Assembly (NCBI GenBank): GCA_964016885.1
Contig: OZ024754.1
Location: 44,392,001-44,456,000 of the forward strand
DNA length: 64,000 bases
Direction: 5' to 3'
Origin: Eledone cirrhosa
Lineage: Eukaryota
Shown here: piece by piece, positions 47,578-64,000 of the stretch
Layout: every line of letters starts with the position of its first letter
How positions within the stretch are numbered: position 1 is the stretch's first letter
The notes under the pieces: generated by a model
Told to the model about the DNA's origin: nothing
The model's database searches: none
The model's input: the letters and a program-made list of their open reading frames with translations, nothing else
Position numbers and translations under genes: made by a program

Positions 47578-48631
47578 TACACACATACACACACACATAA
47601 ACACATACACATACACACACACGCGCACATATCTATATACATACATAGACACACATACATACACACATACACACACATATATAGTACGCATCCACTATAA
47701 CTTAAAATAACAGCAACCATACATATGCGTAAAAAGGATGTACACGACCTACTTGGAGAATATCTAATTCTATGAAGAGAATTTAAACCAATTTTAAGCA
47801 GGATCCATTGTACTGTCGCTCGTAAAGTATGATTTTAATGTGAATTAAAGACCTTATTTCCCAGCAACATATGGCTGGGTTTTACTCAAATTTAATTAAA
47901 CTTAACGAGTAAAGGTCAATCACCTTCACAAAACAAATTCCACGAAATTCCACGAAAACAACTTATGGAAACAATCTCAATTAAACGACCATTCGCTTAG
48001 TAATTGTCTATAATTATTCTGGATAATTTTATCAACAACCACAACCAAGAATATTATTCTTAGTGGATTTACAGAATCGTTAAAGTGTCGCCCATAATAT
48101 GCCGTGGTGTTTCTCTTCTGGTTATCCTGAGTTCAAATCCAGCTGCAATCTATTTTGTCTTTTATCCTTACAGAGTCGATAAAATAAAGAACCAGTCAAG
48201 TACCGGAGTCGATTTAATCAACTTCCTTTCTTCCTTTCTTCCTTTCTTCTCAGGATTGCAAATTTGAAAAACCTTTGTTCTTTCACGAGTTGATTATTGT
48301 TTTTAATATAGGGATAGAGTGGGTAAGTCGACTACATCACCAATATATTACTGGTACTTTAGTTTATTCAACCTGGAGGGATCAAAGGCAAAGTTGACCT
48401 TGGAGTGAAAGTGGCAACTAAATACCACAGATTATTCTATCTGACGCTCTACCAATTCAGCCTAATCCACTCTTTCATAATTGGTTCTACTTTTGGAACA
48501 AGGCCAGCAATTACTCCAATGCGTTACTGGTACTTTATTTTATCGACCCCGTAAGGATCAAAGGCAAAGTTAACCGCGGCAGGATTTGAACTCAGACCAT
48601 AAAGGGCCGTAACTCTATATATATATATATA

Positions 48632-48812
48632 GGGCGGGTAAAATCCCTGAGATCCATGGACGAGTTCTCTCCAGCGGTCTCTGCCCTTCATCATCGCCGC
48701 CATATCCTGCGTCTCCAAGAGATCAGTGTCTGTCCTTAGGGCATCAACGTATGTCAACCTCAGTCTCCCTCTTCTAGTGTGTCCGTGTAGGGGCTCCCAC
48801 ATGACCACTGAG
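48632..48812 (-). mobile_element. RTE-like LINE 3' fragment
   Basis: VMWEPLHGHTRRGRLRLTYVD...MMKGRDRWRELV. Confidence 0.65.
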
Positions 48813-48829
48813 TGCAGTTATATATATAT

Positions 48830-49030
48830 AACAGAGGAAATGTGGTAAGGAACCAGGTGGACCATAACGCACCAGAGTACTCAATACTTTGGGTAGTAGA
48901 GTGGCTAATAGGAAAATGTTCAAGACCCCGACGGCAGAGCTCAAGCCGTTTCGACTGCTATTTCTGGACAGTCCAGAAATAGGCGTCGAAACGGCTTGAG
49001 CTCTGCCGTCGGGGTCTTGAACATTTTCAT
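48830..49030. mobile_element. Fold-back short element in (TA)n (same family as 3831-4016)
   Basis: Palindrome 48912-49028 plus shared tail. Confidence 0.75.
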
Positions 49031-49450
49031 ATATATATATATGTGTGTTTGTGTGTGTGTGTGGGGGGGGGGGGGGGGGGGTCTGGTAAAAAAAAATTCC
49101 TCAAGTTCTATTTAGTAATATTCATGCTTTCATTTGAATAACTTATTTAAATGTATGGAAACTGAAGACATTTTAATTTAGTCATATAGGAATGCTGTCG
49201 ATCGATTAACGGAATAATTACTAACATCGTGCTAAACAGATCTCATCGATAAAACAATTAGTATCCTTGTTTTGTTGACGATGGTTAATATGATGGTTAA
49301 AACCACAACCACGGCTGGATTACGGATGTGGTATATGGGAAATGAAGGAAACCATTGTTTAAATAAATCCATTCTGTTGGAAGCTCCAACAGTAATGGTT
49401 GCATTCTTTAAGGGTATGTCAATATTTATTTATAAAACTGATCTATATTG

Positions 49451-49515
49451 TATTTTATCTGATGAAAGCACACCATAATTTAACTTGGTGTCCTTGAAAT
49501 ATGTATAATGAAATA
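49451..49515 (+). ncRNA. Minimal type-I hammerhead ribozyme motif (third copy)
   Basis: tattttat-CTGATGA-aagcacacca/tggtgtcctt-GAAA-tatgta-TA-atgaaata; substitutions keep the pairing. Confidence 0.72.
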
Positions 49516-49642
49516 AATATGGTTTTATAAATATAGTTTCCATTTGTTAATATCGTATTTTTACTCCAAATATTTGTTGAGTGCTTTATATCAGTTATAA
49601 AAATATTTGCTTGTTGTATCCCAACAATTTAAATAGAACTTT

Positions 49643-49703
<61 letters not shown>

Positions 49704-50248
49704 ATGTATAAGTATCTATTTATATATGTATGTAGGTATATATAGATATAAGTATACATATTTTGTGCCAATCCTTACGGGATCGATAAAATAAAGTACC
49801 AGTAATACGCTGGGGTAATTGCTGGCCTTGTGCCACAAGTAGAATCAATTATTATTATTTTCAATCCTTACGAGGTGGATAAAATAAAGTACCAGACACG
49901 CACTGGGGTCGATTTAATCGACTTTCCCCTCCCCCAAAATTGCTGGCCTTGTGCCAAAAGTAGAAACAATTATTGTCCATAAAATAAAGTACCAGTAAGT
50001 CTTGTATTTCTCGATCTGCTTCATGTATTATGTTTGGAATGTTTGGAACTGACAAATTTGACACCTCATTATTTCGAGCAAACGTTCCCAATCTAACCAC
50101 TCCTTAAATGTATCAAATCCACAGTTTTTTCATATTTAGATATTTATTTTATCTCCGTATTTATTTTAATTGTTTAGATTTTTTTAGTTCCTTTCATTAA
50201 TTAATTTTTTTTGTTTTTTGTTGCTGCTGCTGTTATTATTATCATTAT

Positions 50249-50284
<36 letters not shown>

Positions 50285-50619
50285 CACTCATGTCCGTACG
50301 GGGGGAAAAACTCGTACTTCGTCATTTTCTAGTAAACTCCAAAGTGGAAGCTATACGGATATAAAAGGTCATATTGTTCGGGTTATAAGATACACTAGTG
50401 CATAAAACGCACCCATATTTTGAAGAAAACAAAATGACAAAAAATGTTTTTGTACTATTTACAATATCTTTACAATATCTGACAACATTCAAACTGAAAT
50501 AAAGAATTTTAAAAAAAACAACGTAAAAGAGAATTATTTCAGGTCAAAAGAACTCAATATACAATAATTATTTATTTACAATAGTTTATAACTTTGCCTA
50601 TTAATCCGTATGGTGAGCA

Positions 50620-50930
50620 AATGGGGTCCAATGTGTTGGCCTCCCACAGCCCCGGCGGACAGGATGGAGAAGGCGTTTCCTTGGAGGGTGGAAAGGGAGA
50701 TGCGCAGGAAAAGCCATTCCAATTCGCGGGGCTCACACCTGCGGCTGTCCAGCTTAGCGCCTATGGAGGTGAATAGGGAGGTAGCCTTAGGGCCAGGGAC
50801 ACCAGAAGTCTCCACTGCCAAGGGCACGACGGCGAACCTGTCGGAGAGCGACCGGTACTTGAAGAGTTTGGCCTCCACAGCCCGACGTGCAGCAGAACCA
50901 GGGTTAGTCGCAGACTGCACCAGGTTGCGA
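50620..50930 (-). mobile_element. CRE-like RLE C-terminal fragment (same family as 28905-29196)
   Basis: SATNPGSAARRAVEAKLFKYRSLSDRFAVVPLAVETSG...QGNAFSIL. Confidence 0.75.
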
Positions 50931-50934
50931 CTGT

Positions 50935-51250
50935 GGCGGCGAATTGTCAGAGTCGTTAGAACGTCAGATAGAATGCCTTGCGGTATTTGTTCCGGCTCTC
51001 TGTTCTCTGAGTTCAAATCCCACCGAGGTCAACTTTACCTTTCATCCTTTCGAAGTAAATAAAAAATTAAAAAATACCAGTCCAGTACTGGAGTCAAATC
51101 TTGCTCTATGTCTCTTTCACTTTCTATCCTTCTCTGGCAGAAATCTGCTCTGTTCAGGACTGGAGAGAGGAGATGGGTTCTGCCAGACTTAAAATGCCCA
51201 GGAAACGCTGTATGTCACTACGACACCCCTACGACTCTATCAGGAGTTAC
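50935..51250 (+). mobile_element. tRNA-SINE variant with alternative ~150-bp tail; related copies at 4975-5255, 45660-45915 and 7530-7690(-)
   Basis: Core followed by ctatccttctctgg...gatctg...gatggg...cttaaaatgccc...gagtta in each copy. Confidence 0.65.
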
Positions 51251-51833
51251 AGGACTACACCACATTTACCCTTACTCTATATATACTATTGTATTTTCAC
51301 AGTAAAGGCTTTACCTCACATAATATCTCACATAGCATTTACATACTCTATATATACTATTGTATTTTCACGGTAAAGGCTTTATCTCACATAATCTCCC
51401 AAAACATCATAGGAATTCCATCATCATCATCTTCATCATGACCATCATCATCGTCGTCAACAACAATAACAATCTTAAAGCAGGACACAGCCCACTACCA
51501 CCACCATCATCACCACCACAATCACCTCCACCATCACCACTACCAACACCAACACCACCATTACCACCACCAACCAACCAACACCACCACCACCACAATC
51601 ACCACCACCACCACCATCACCAACCAACCAACCACCACCACCACCACTACCAACACCACCACCAAATAAACAGTAACCAGATATATCGTCTGATATTTTA
51701 CAATTATTTTATTCACACATACAACAACGTAGTTACCTGCCAGACAAAATGGCGAATAGAGCACATTTCTCTCGTTTACTCTAATAAAAGACACCAAACT
51801 ATTGGTTGACAGAAATGGAGTCGTTTTATTCTT

Positions 51834-56046
<4,213 letters not shown>

Positions 56047-56152
56047 ATTGGTTTTCTTGTTCCTGACGACAAACAGAAATGAAACGAGTTCTCTGCAAAT
56101 GTGACGAAGAGAAGAACTGTATATATATATATAGCTATATATATATATATCT

Positions 56153-56184
<32 letters not shown>

Positions 56185-56317
56185 TATATATATTGACAGG
56201 TATGTGTGTGCGTGGGGTGAGTATACACACACATATATATATATATATACATATATATGTGTATGTATATATATATATGTGTGTGTGTGTGTATACTCAC
56301 CCCACGCACACACATAC

Positions 56318-56391
<74 letters not shown>

Positions 56392-56393
56392 GT

Positions 56394-56523
<130 letters not shown>

Positions 56524-56528
56524 TGTAT

Positions 56529-56631
<103 letters not shown>

Positions 56632-56733
56632 TTTATATATATATATATGTATATATATATGCATATATATATATATATATATATACATATATATATAACA
56701 TATATAAATATACATACATATATGTGTAGTTGC

Positions 56734-56800
<67 letters not shown>

Positions 56801-56803
56801 ATA

Positions 56804-56839
<36 letters not shown>

Positions 56840-57036
56840 AGTGTATGTGTGTGATATTCATGTATATATATACACATATATGTGTGTGTGCGTTGACACG
56901 TGTACACAATTCGTTACGCACGTAAATTGTGGTTGGTACCATGGTACAAGATGTGTTAGACTGACAGGCATGTGGGAATATGTGGGGTTTGTGATATGGA
57001 ATGACTATCACGACTTATGTTAGTGTACATATATAC

Positions 57037-57113
<77 letters not shown>

Positions 57114-57139
57114 GATATATAGATATATGTGTGTGTGTA

Positions 57140-57203
<64 letters not shown>

Positions 57204-57229
57204 GATATATAGATATATGTGTGTGTGTA

Positions 57230-57278
<49 letters not shown>

Positions 57279-57294
57279 TTACATATATACACAG

Positions 57295-57345
<51 letters not shown>

Positions 57346-57460
57346 TATATATATATATATATATATAACTTTTATTTCTCTATCAGCAAACAATAAATGA
57401 AGGAATAAAATAAGAAATATATAAAAAAATAAAGAAAGAATCTTGTGTCCTTGATAAAGG

Positions 57461-57540
<80 letters not shown>

Positions 57541-57994
57541 GTTATATAAGAACATTTTAAAGGTTTGGTGTAAAGGAAAATGGTATACTTTGGAGTATTT
57601 CAGAGGCCTCTCGTGTAATACATGGACAGAGAGAGTATTCCAAGTGGTTTGTGTTTGTAGTCTTGTGCCATGTCTGGTGTATGGAGGGCAAAAAACGTAA
57701 TATGGGTGACGATAGTAAGAGGGATGAATGGTACTGATAGATTTGTTGGAGACGGCATCATATTGTTTTCTGATTTAAGCACAAGACCAATAATTTGAGG
57801 AGAGGCGAAAGTCGATTAAATCGCCCCCAGTGCATTACTGGTACTTTCCGACGTATGTGGAAATCAGAATCCTTGGAAACACGTAAAAATAAGTAATAAA
57901 AAAAAAAAGAAGATAAAAATTAATTTCTTTTCGAAACTCGAGACGGGTGTTTAAGTAAAGATTTACCGATAAAGTGTCAACAACGTTAAACAGC

Positions 57995-58099
57995 CGTTGG
58001 ATATCCCTCTTCCCATTCGAAGAAGGTAGATCCCTCATCTGGGACGCCAGAATTTGTGAAACGTACTCCGCCTCCAGCTTAGTCGCTTCAGCCACAAAC
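57995..58099 (+). mobile_element. CRE-like RLE fragment, broken at the (CATA)n tract
   Basis: ISLFPFEEGRSLIWDARICETYSASSLVASATN ends in the SATN that begins the 50930 fragment. Confidence 0.62.
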
Positions 58100-58107
58100 A
58101 TACTCAC

Positions 58108-58142
<35 letters not shown>

Positions 58143-58250
58143 TACATACATACGTACATACATACATACATACATACATACATACATACATACATACATA
58201 CATACATACATACATACATACATACATACATACATACATACATTTATACA

Positions 58251-58365
58251 TATTTGCAAAACATTCTTGCGATTCAAGGGATTACTATTTCTTTTCTTTT
58301 ACAACCTTGCCACCAGGAAGGTGGCCGGTCAAAAAAATATACTCGAAATGAAGAGAAAGAGATAA
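58251..58365 (+). mobile_element. Family B RLE LINE 3' fragment (short)
   Basis: Shares 3' end with 30116-30357; in (CATA)n. Confidence 0.78.
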
Positions 58366-58378
58366 CATACATACATAC

Positions 58379-58543
58379 AAAGAGCGCAGCTCCCTAATTC
58401 ATAGTCTACAAATGGCTGCGATAGCTGGCACCTTCAAAATTTGCAAAACATTCTTGCGATTCAAGGGATGACAATTTATTTTCTTTTACAACCTTGCCAC
58501 CAGGAAGGTGGCCGGTGAAAAATGTACTCGAAATTAAGAGAGA
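58379..58543 (+). mobile_element. Family B RLE LINE 3' fragment
   Basis: KERSSLIHSLQMAAIAGTFKICKTFLRFKG* plus 3'UTR; in (CATA)n. Confidence 0.8.
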
Positions 58544-58576
58544 TACATACGTACATACATACATAGATACATACAA

Positions 58577-58607
<31 letters not shown>

Positions 58608-58667
58608 TACATACATACATACATACATACATACATACATACATACATACATACATACATACATACA

Positions 58668-59275
58668 TGGTGGCTGCCAACTCGTTTTCGAGTACGGCCA
58701 CTACTTTATATCCATGTAGGAGAACCCCTACCGATGCGCTGAACGAGTGTGACTTTTTAGTCCAGCCAGCGACTTGAAAACTCTGGTACAAACACTACAC
58801 TTGTGACAATTATTGACACATAGAGCTGGGCCCATGGTACCATGTGACGACAAGTGCAGAGAGATCTCCAGATATAAAGCAATGCCTGTGCCGTGAAGCT
58901 TTTATAGTGAGCAAAGGCACTGCACAAAGCCAGTCCCACTCTCTTAACCAAGATGATATTTACCAAAAAGAAGAACAAGTCAACATCATTGGATACCATC
59001 AGGGTTGCAGGTGTTATATCAGAGTTTTCCTTCTCTTAGAATTCTGCCTTGACAAAGGCTAAGGGGTCATCTCTCCCAGTGATTTTGGATGGCCATTGAC
59101 TCTTAAGAGCTCCTTTGCCCTTCGACAGGTTTTGTTTTTAGTCCTGCAGGATGTCCAAAGTCACCCTCCTCACCAAGAAACCTTGGTGGGGTTGCCAGTT
59201 TAGTCGCCAACGACCCGACCATGAGACAGGTTGTACTGGGATACATGTTACCAGTAGCACCAAGTGGTGACCTGA
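58668..59275 (-). mobile_element. Non-autonomous bipartite RTE-derived element, copy 3
   Basis: Reverse complement of copies 1 and 2 with the same termini, inside (CATA)n. Confidence 0.8.
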
Positions 59276-59311
59276 CATACATACATACATACATACATAC
59301 ATACATACATA

Positions 59312-61830
59312 AGTGAGGGTACCCTTGAGACTGTGATAGGAAAACTCCAAGATAAGAAAACACCAGGAAGAGACATGATTGTCGGCTACTGGTACAAAAA
59401 ACTAATATTCTATCGGAGGTATCTTACTGACCTCTACCAACAAGTTCTTAAGGGAGATACACTTATACCAGAATGGTTGACATTAGCACAAACGTTACTG
59501 GTCCCCAAGAACAAAGACACCCACTTGGCAAAAAACTACCGACCCATTGCATACCAGAACCTGATGTATAAGATGTATACAGCCTGCCTGAACCTATTCC
59601 TCCAAGATCACTGTGAAAATAATAACATCATCACAGATGAACAAGCAGCTGGAAAGAAGAGGGTTTGGGGATGTGCTGAACAACTCCTAATCTACAAAAC
59701 TGCGATGTCGGAGGTGCGACAACTTAGGAGGAATATGACTACAGTCTGGCTGGACTACAGGAAAGCTTTCGATTCTGTTCCCTACTCTTGGATGATAGAA
59801 ACCCTCCAACTTGCTAAAGTCCCAGACATTATTGTCAGAGCCATAGAGAGGCTGTCTTCTTCTTGGGCTACTATCCTAAGGTTAAAGACAGATAGGGAGG
59901 ACTCTATTTTCACTGATAAAATAAAATATTGCAGGGGTATATTTCAGGGGGACAGTCTCTCTGTGATATTGTTCATCTTGTCATTAAACCCCTTGTCCTT
60001 TTTGCTCAAGAAATGCGAGGGATACATCATTGGCTCACAGGAGGACAGAAATACGAACCTAACCCATAACTTCTTTGTGGACGATCTGAAACTCTATGCC
60101 AAGAACATGGATGGGATGAAGAAAAATCTTGACCTGGTTACAACGTTCTCAAAGGATATAGGAATGGAGTTTGGCCAAGATAAATGCTCATACATGACTG
60201 TAAAGCGAGGAAAAACAACAACCCAATCTAGCAACATTGTCATCAATGGTCTAACTGTTTCACCGATATCTGATGAGGAGTGCTACAGATACCTGGGGAT
60301 AGATGAGAACATATCCTATAATGGTATCTGTAATAAAGAACGCGTAACCAGGGAATACTACACCCGATTAAGAAAGATCTGGTCATCGGAACTCTCTGCG
60401 CAAAACAAAACAGTGGCTCACAATGTATTTGCTGTGCCTGTCCTAACACCAACGTTTGGAATACTCAATTGGACGATAGACGAAATCCGAGCAGTTGATG
60501 TTGGAACTCGAAAAATACTGAACAACACCGGAAACTTCCACATCAACAGTGACATAGACCGCCTTTACTTGAAACGTAAGCAGGGAGGCAGAGGCCTAAC
60601 ATCAGTCCAAACAACATTTGAATGTCGCATCATATCTCTCCGACAACATCTACGAACCTCGAAGCGTAGGAGCCCGCTTCTCGAGCAAGTCTATCTGCAT
60701 GAAACAGATAAGATCATGAGAGTTGGGAAAGAACTCCTTGAGAGATATTCCCTGTGTGATAATCAGCAGTATCGCAGTGAATCCATGGATGAAAAACTGC
60801 ATGCCTATCAGCAAAAAAATCATGCATGGATATGTTGCCAGGAAGCTCCAGAGTGAGAGTAATATAGATAAGGAAAGTAGTCTATCTTGGACCAACAACC
60901 GCTATATTGGCTCCCACTTTGAAGGATACGCTTTTGCAATCCAAGAACAGGAGATTAGTACAAAATACCTGATTCACAAAAGAGATAGGGATGCAGGCAA
61001 AACACCTAGATGTGATAACAAGTGCAGACTCTGCAGAACTAACATCGAGGATATCACCCATGTCATCAGCAGCTGCCCAAAGATGTCATCGCTGTACTAT
61101 CTACCTATGAGGCATGATGTAGTGGCCAAAACACTGTTCAATGCAGTTCGTAAAAAAGATAGCCCCGATAATAAACACATTAAAAGCTACAACAATGTGG
61201 AAGACATCTATGTACATAATATGAAAGAGTACTGGTGGAATGTTCCAGTAAAAACCCCAATAAAATGCAGGCATAACAGACCAGATATTATGATATGGGA
61301 CAGGGAGAAGAAAACATGCACAGTAGTGGAAATTAGCTGCCCAGCGGATGCCAATATTAGTGAAAAGGAGAATATTTATGCAGAACTGATGAGAAATCTG
61401 CAGATACTCCACCCTGATTACACCTTCAGATTTATGCCTGTGATTATTGGGGCACTGGGATATGTTAGTAACTGCCTCAATACAAATCTTGAGAAGCTAG
61501 GCTTCACAGGAACAGAAAGAACACAACTAGTTATGAAACTACAAGTACAATCCATTAATGGAACAGTAAAAATATGTAAAACATTCCAAAAAAGTTGCAT
61601 CTAATAACTGCATATACACATGTACAGATACAAAGCATATACACATGCACACATACAACTCAAAATATACACATCCACATACAATAACATCCATATCTAC
61701 ACATGCATGCATACATACATATCTACCTAGTTGATGTTGTGTAAATTCCAATGAGAGAGTCTTGTGTCTATGTTAGAAACCGACTCTCTCTCTATTGGTA
61801 AAACTTTGTGAAATTATAAAACCAGAAGAA
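59312..61830 (+). mobile_element. 5'-truncated non-LTR retrotransposon with RT and C-terminal restriction-like endonuclease (R4/Dong-like, family A); frameshifted
   Basis: ORFs 59333-60856 and 60723-61604 carry RT motifs (NYRPI, WLDYRKAFDSV, GIFQGDSLS, FFVDDLK, YRYLG), CCHC knuckle CRLC..H..SSC, RHD, and PD..(D/E) nuclease RPDI...VEISCP. (CATA)n on both flanks. Confidence 0.92.
59333..61604 (+). pseudogene. Disrupted RT-RLE polyprotein of the LINE (frameshift near 60770-60850)
   Basis: Two overlapping frames together give RT, zinc knuckle and RLE; begins inside the RT N-terminal region (KKTPGRD). Confidence 0.85.
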
Positions 61831-62569
61831 CATACATACACAAACGCATACACACATTCATACATATACACACATAAATACTTCCACATACAAAGTAAAT
61901 GGATCTTTGTCGGTTTCGGCGATGAACATTTCAGTTGTTCGATCAACTGAACTGTCTTCTTATTGAGTTATAATAAAAATGGCTGAGTATTCCACAGACA
62001 CGCATACGCTTAACGTAATCCTTAAACAGAATCAGCGTGACAAAGTATGTGGGAAGGCTGGAGCTGTCAATTATAGGTACATTTCAAATGACGGACTTCC
62101 TAGCAGTTTCCGTCTACCAAATTTGCCTTATAAGGCTTAGGTTGACCAAAGATTGTAAGTAAAACATACTTGCTCAAGACAACAAGCCGTGGGATAGAAC
62201 CTGGAAGTAACATATAACATATGTTTTATTTGTTGAACACTGACGGGCGATAGGAACAACTGTGCTATACTGATGAGCCTAAAACTCATACTGAAACCTC
62301 TGTCCACAATGTGGCTGTGCTACGTCACGAAACTAAGGCCAAGCTCTCCACCATGAAATTATCCCCTCTTTTCATTCACTGCTGTTGCTAATGAGTCTCT
62401 GAGAAATGTAGTTTTTGCAATAAATTAAAAGTTTGTTACGTATGGCATTTACAACATACATGCCCAAACTTGCCTGTATGTTTAAGTATATGTATGCATA
62501 TGTGTATATATATATGTAGTTATATATATATATATGTATATATATATAAATATATATATATGTGTGTGT

Positions 62570-62634
<65 letters not shown>

Positions 62635-62665
62635 TGTGTGTGTGTCTGTGTGTGTGTATACGTAC

Positions 62666-62698
<33 letters not shown>

Positions 62699-63281
62699 TA
62701 TATATATGTCAATGTGTGTATAAGGAGAGAGTATGGATAAATGAGGTTAGGTTAATTGTACTTAGAAAAGGGTTAATATGAGGGAGAGCTGGGCAGCAGT
62801 GGTGGTGGGGGTAGTTTGGGAGTCGAGGGGGGGGGGGGGGGGTTGGAGAGAGAGGGGGGGGGGTCTGGGAGAAGAGTGTATGTTTTGATGAAGAGATAAA
62901 TACGTGGAAAACGGCAGGTTTCGATCTGGCTATTGCTAAGATAATAAATTATTTTATCGAAGTACGTGTCCTATCAGTTGACAATATATTGAGCTCCAAT
63001 CTCTTTCATATTCAATACATAATCTACTCTCTTTTCTTCTTCTTCTTCTTCTTCTTCTTCTTCTTCTTCTTCTTCTTGTATATTATTATCAAGATATTTT
63101 TGTATCAACTCGTATGATTGACCGACATAATAGGTCACCTGATTTAATTACATCACATGAACTAAACTGTAGCTATGGGTATTTTTGGTGGTAAACACTA
63201 ACAGCTGCAAGTTGGGGGCGCAGATCAATTTCGTAAGATCTGTAGTTCAAAAATGTTCAAAACCTGGCTCAGAATCAAACT

Positions 63282-63688
<407 letters not shown>

Positions 63689-63810
63689 ATAATGGTAGCT
63701 ATGGTGCTTCCATAGGCGGTATGCCAAAATTAGCACTCAATATTCTTACAGAGCAGAGTGTGAATAGTATAAAAAAAACGAGAAATTAGTGATGCATCTG
63801 GACTCAGTTT

Positions 63811-64000
63811 ATTGCGTGTTACAATTGTTTCGCTGGCAGGTAGCTCGAGACATGATCACTGTATGGATCTGGCTGATTCAAATTCAATTCTCCGAAAGAA
63901 TTGCATGTGTCCGAAGGAACCTGCAGCCGTAGAATCAGCCAGATCCATACAGTGATCATGTCTCGAGCTACCTGCCAGCGAAACAATTGTAACACGCAAT
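63811..64000. repeat. Perfect inverted repeat, arms of at least 69 bp, running off the window end
   Basis: 63811-63879 is the reverse complement of 63932-64000. Confidence 0.9.

Noticed and set aside
62268-62310. CTGATGAG...GAAAC hammerhead-like string
   Set aside because: No convincing stem I or stem II pairing

Overview
Repeat-rich eukaryotic (animal) genomic DNA. The SINE and microsatellite style suggests an octopus or other cephalopod, but that is inference. Three spliced protein-coding genes were reconstructed by hand from GT-AG exons: a 16-exon triokinase/FMN cyclase gene (TKFC/DAK, minus strand, 19973-6375, 596 aa) and two 4-exon NPC2/ML-domain paralogues arranged tail-to-tail (plus 23906-46275, 150 aa; minus 56046-51834, 149 aa). 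Most ORF-track entries are microsatellite artefacts. The rest is tRNA-derived SINEs, RTE/CR1/CRE LINE fragments, MITEs and large minisatellites (40-bp unit, 7 kb; 36-bp unit, 3.2 kb; (GCACC)n, 1.46 kb). Two patterns stand out. (1) A set of retroelements sits only inside (CATA)n/(TGTA)n tracts: a 5'-truncated RLE-type R4/Dong-like LINE, three 3' fragments of a second such family, and three full-length ~608-bp internally deleted RTE derivatives with a structured 5' end. (2) Fold-back elements are embedded in (TA)n tracts; one family carries minimal type-I hammerhead ribozyme motifs of the Penelope-like kind. No database searches or folding programs were run.
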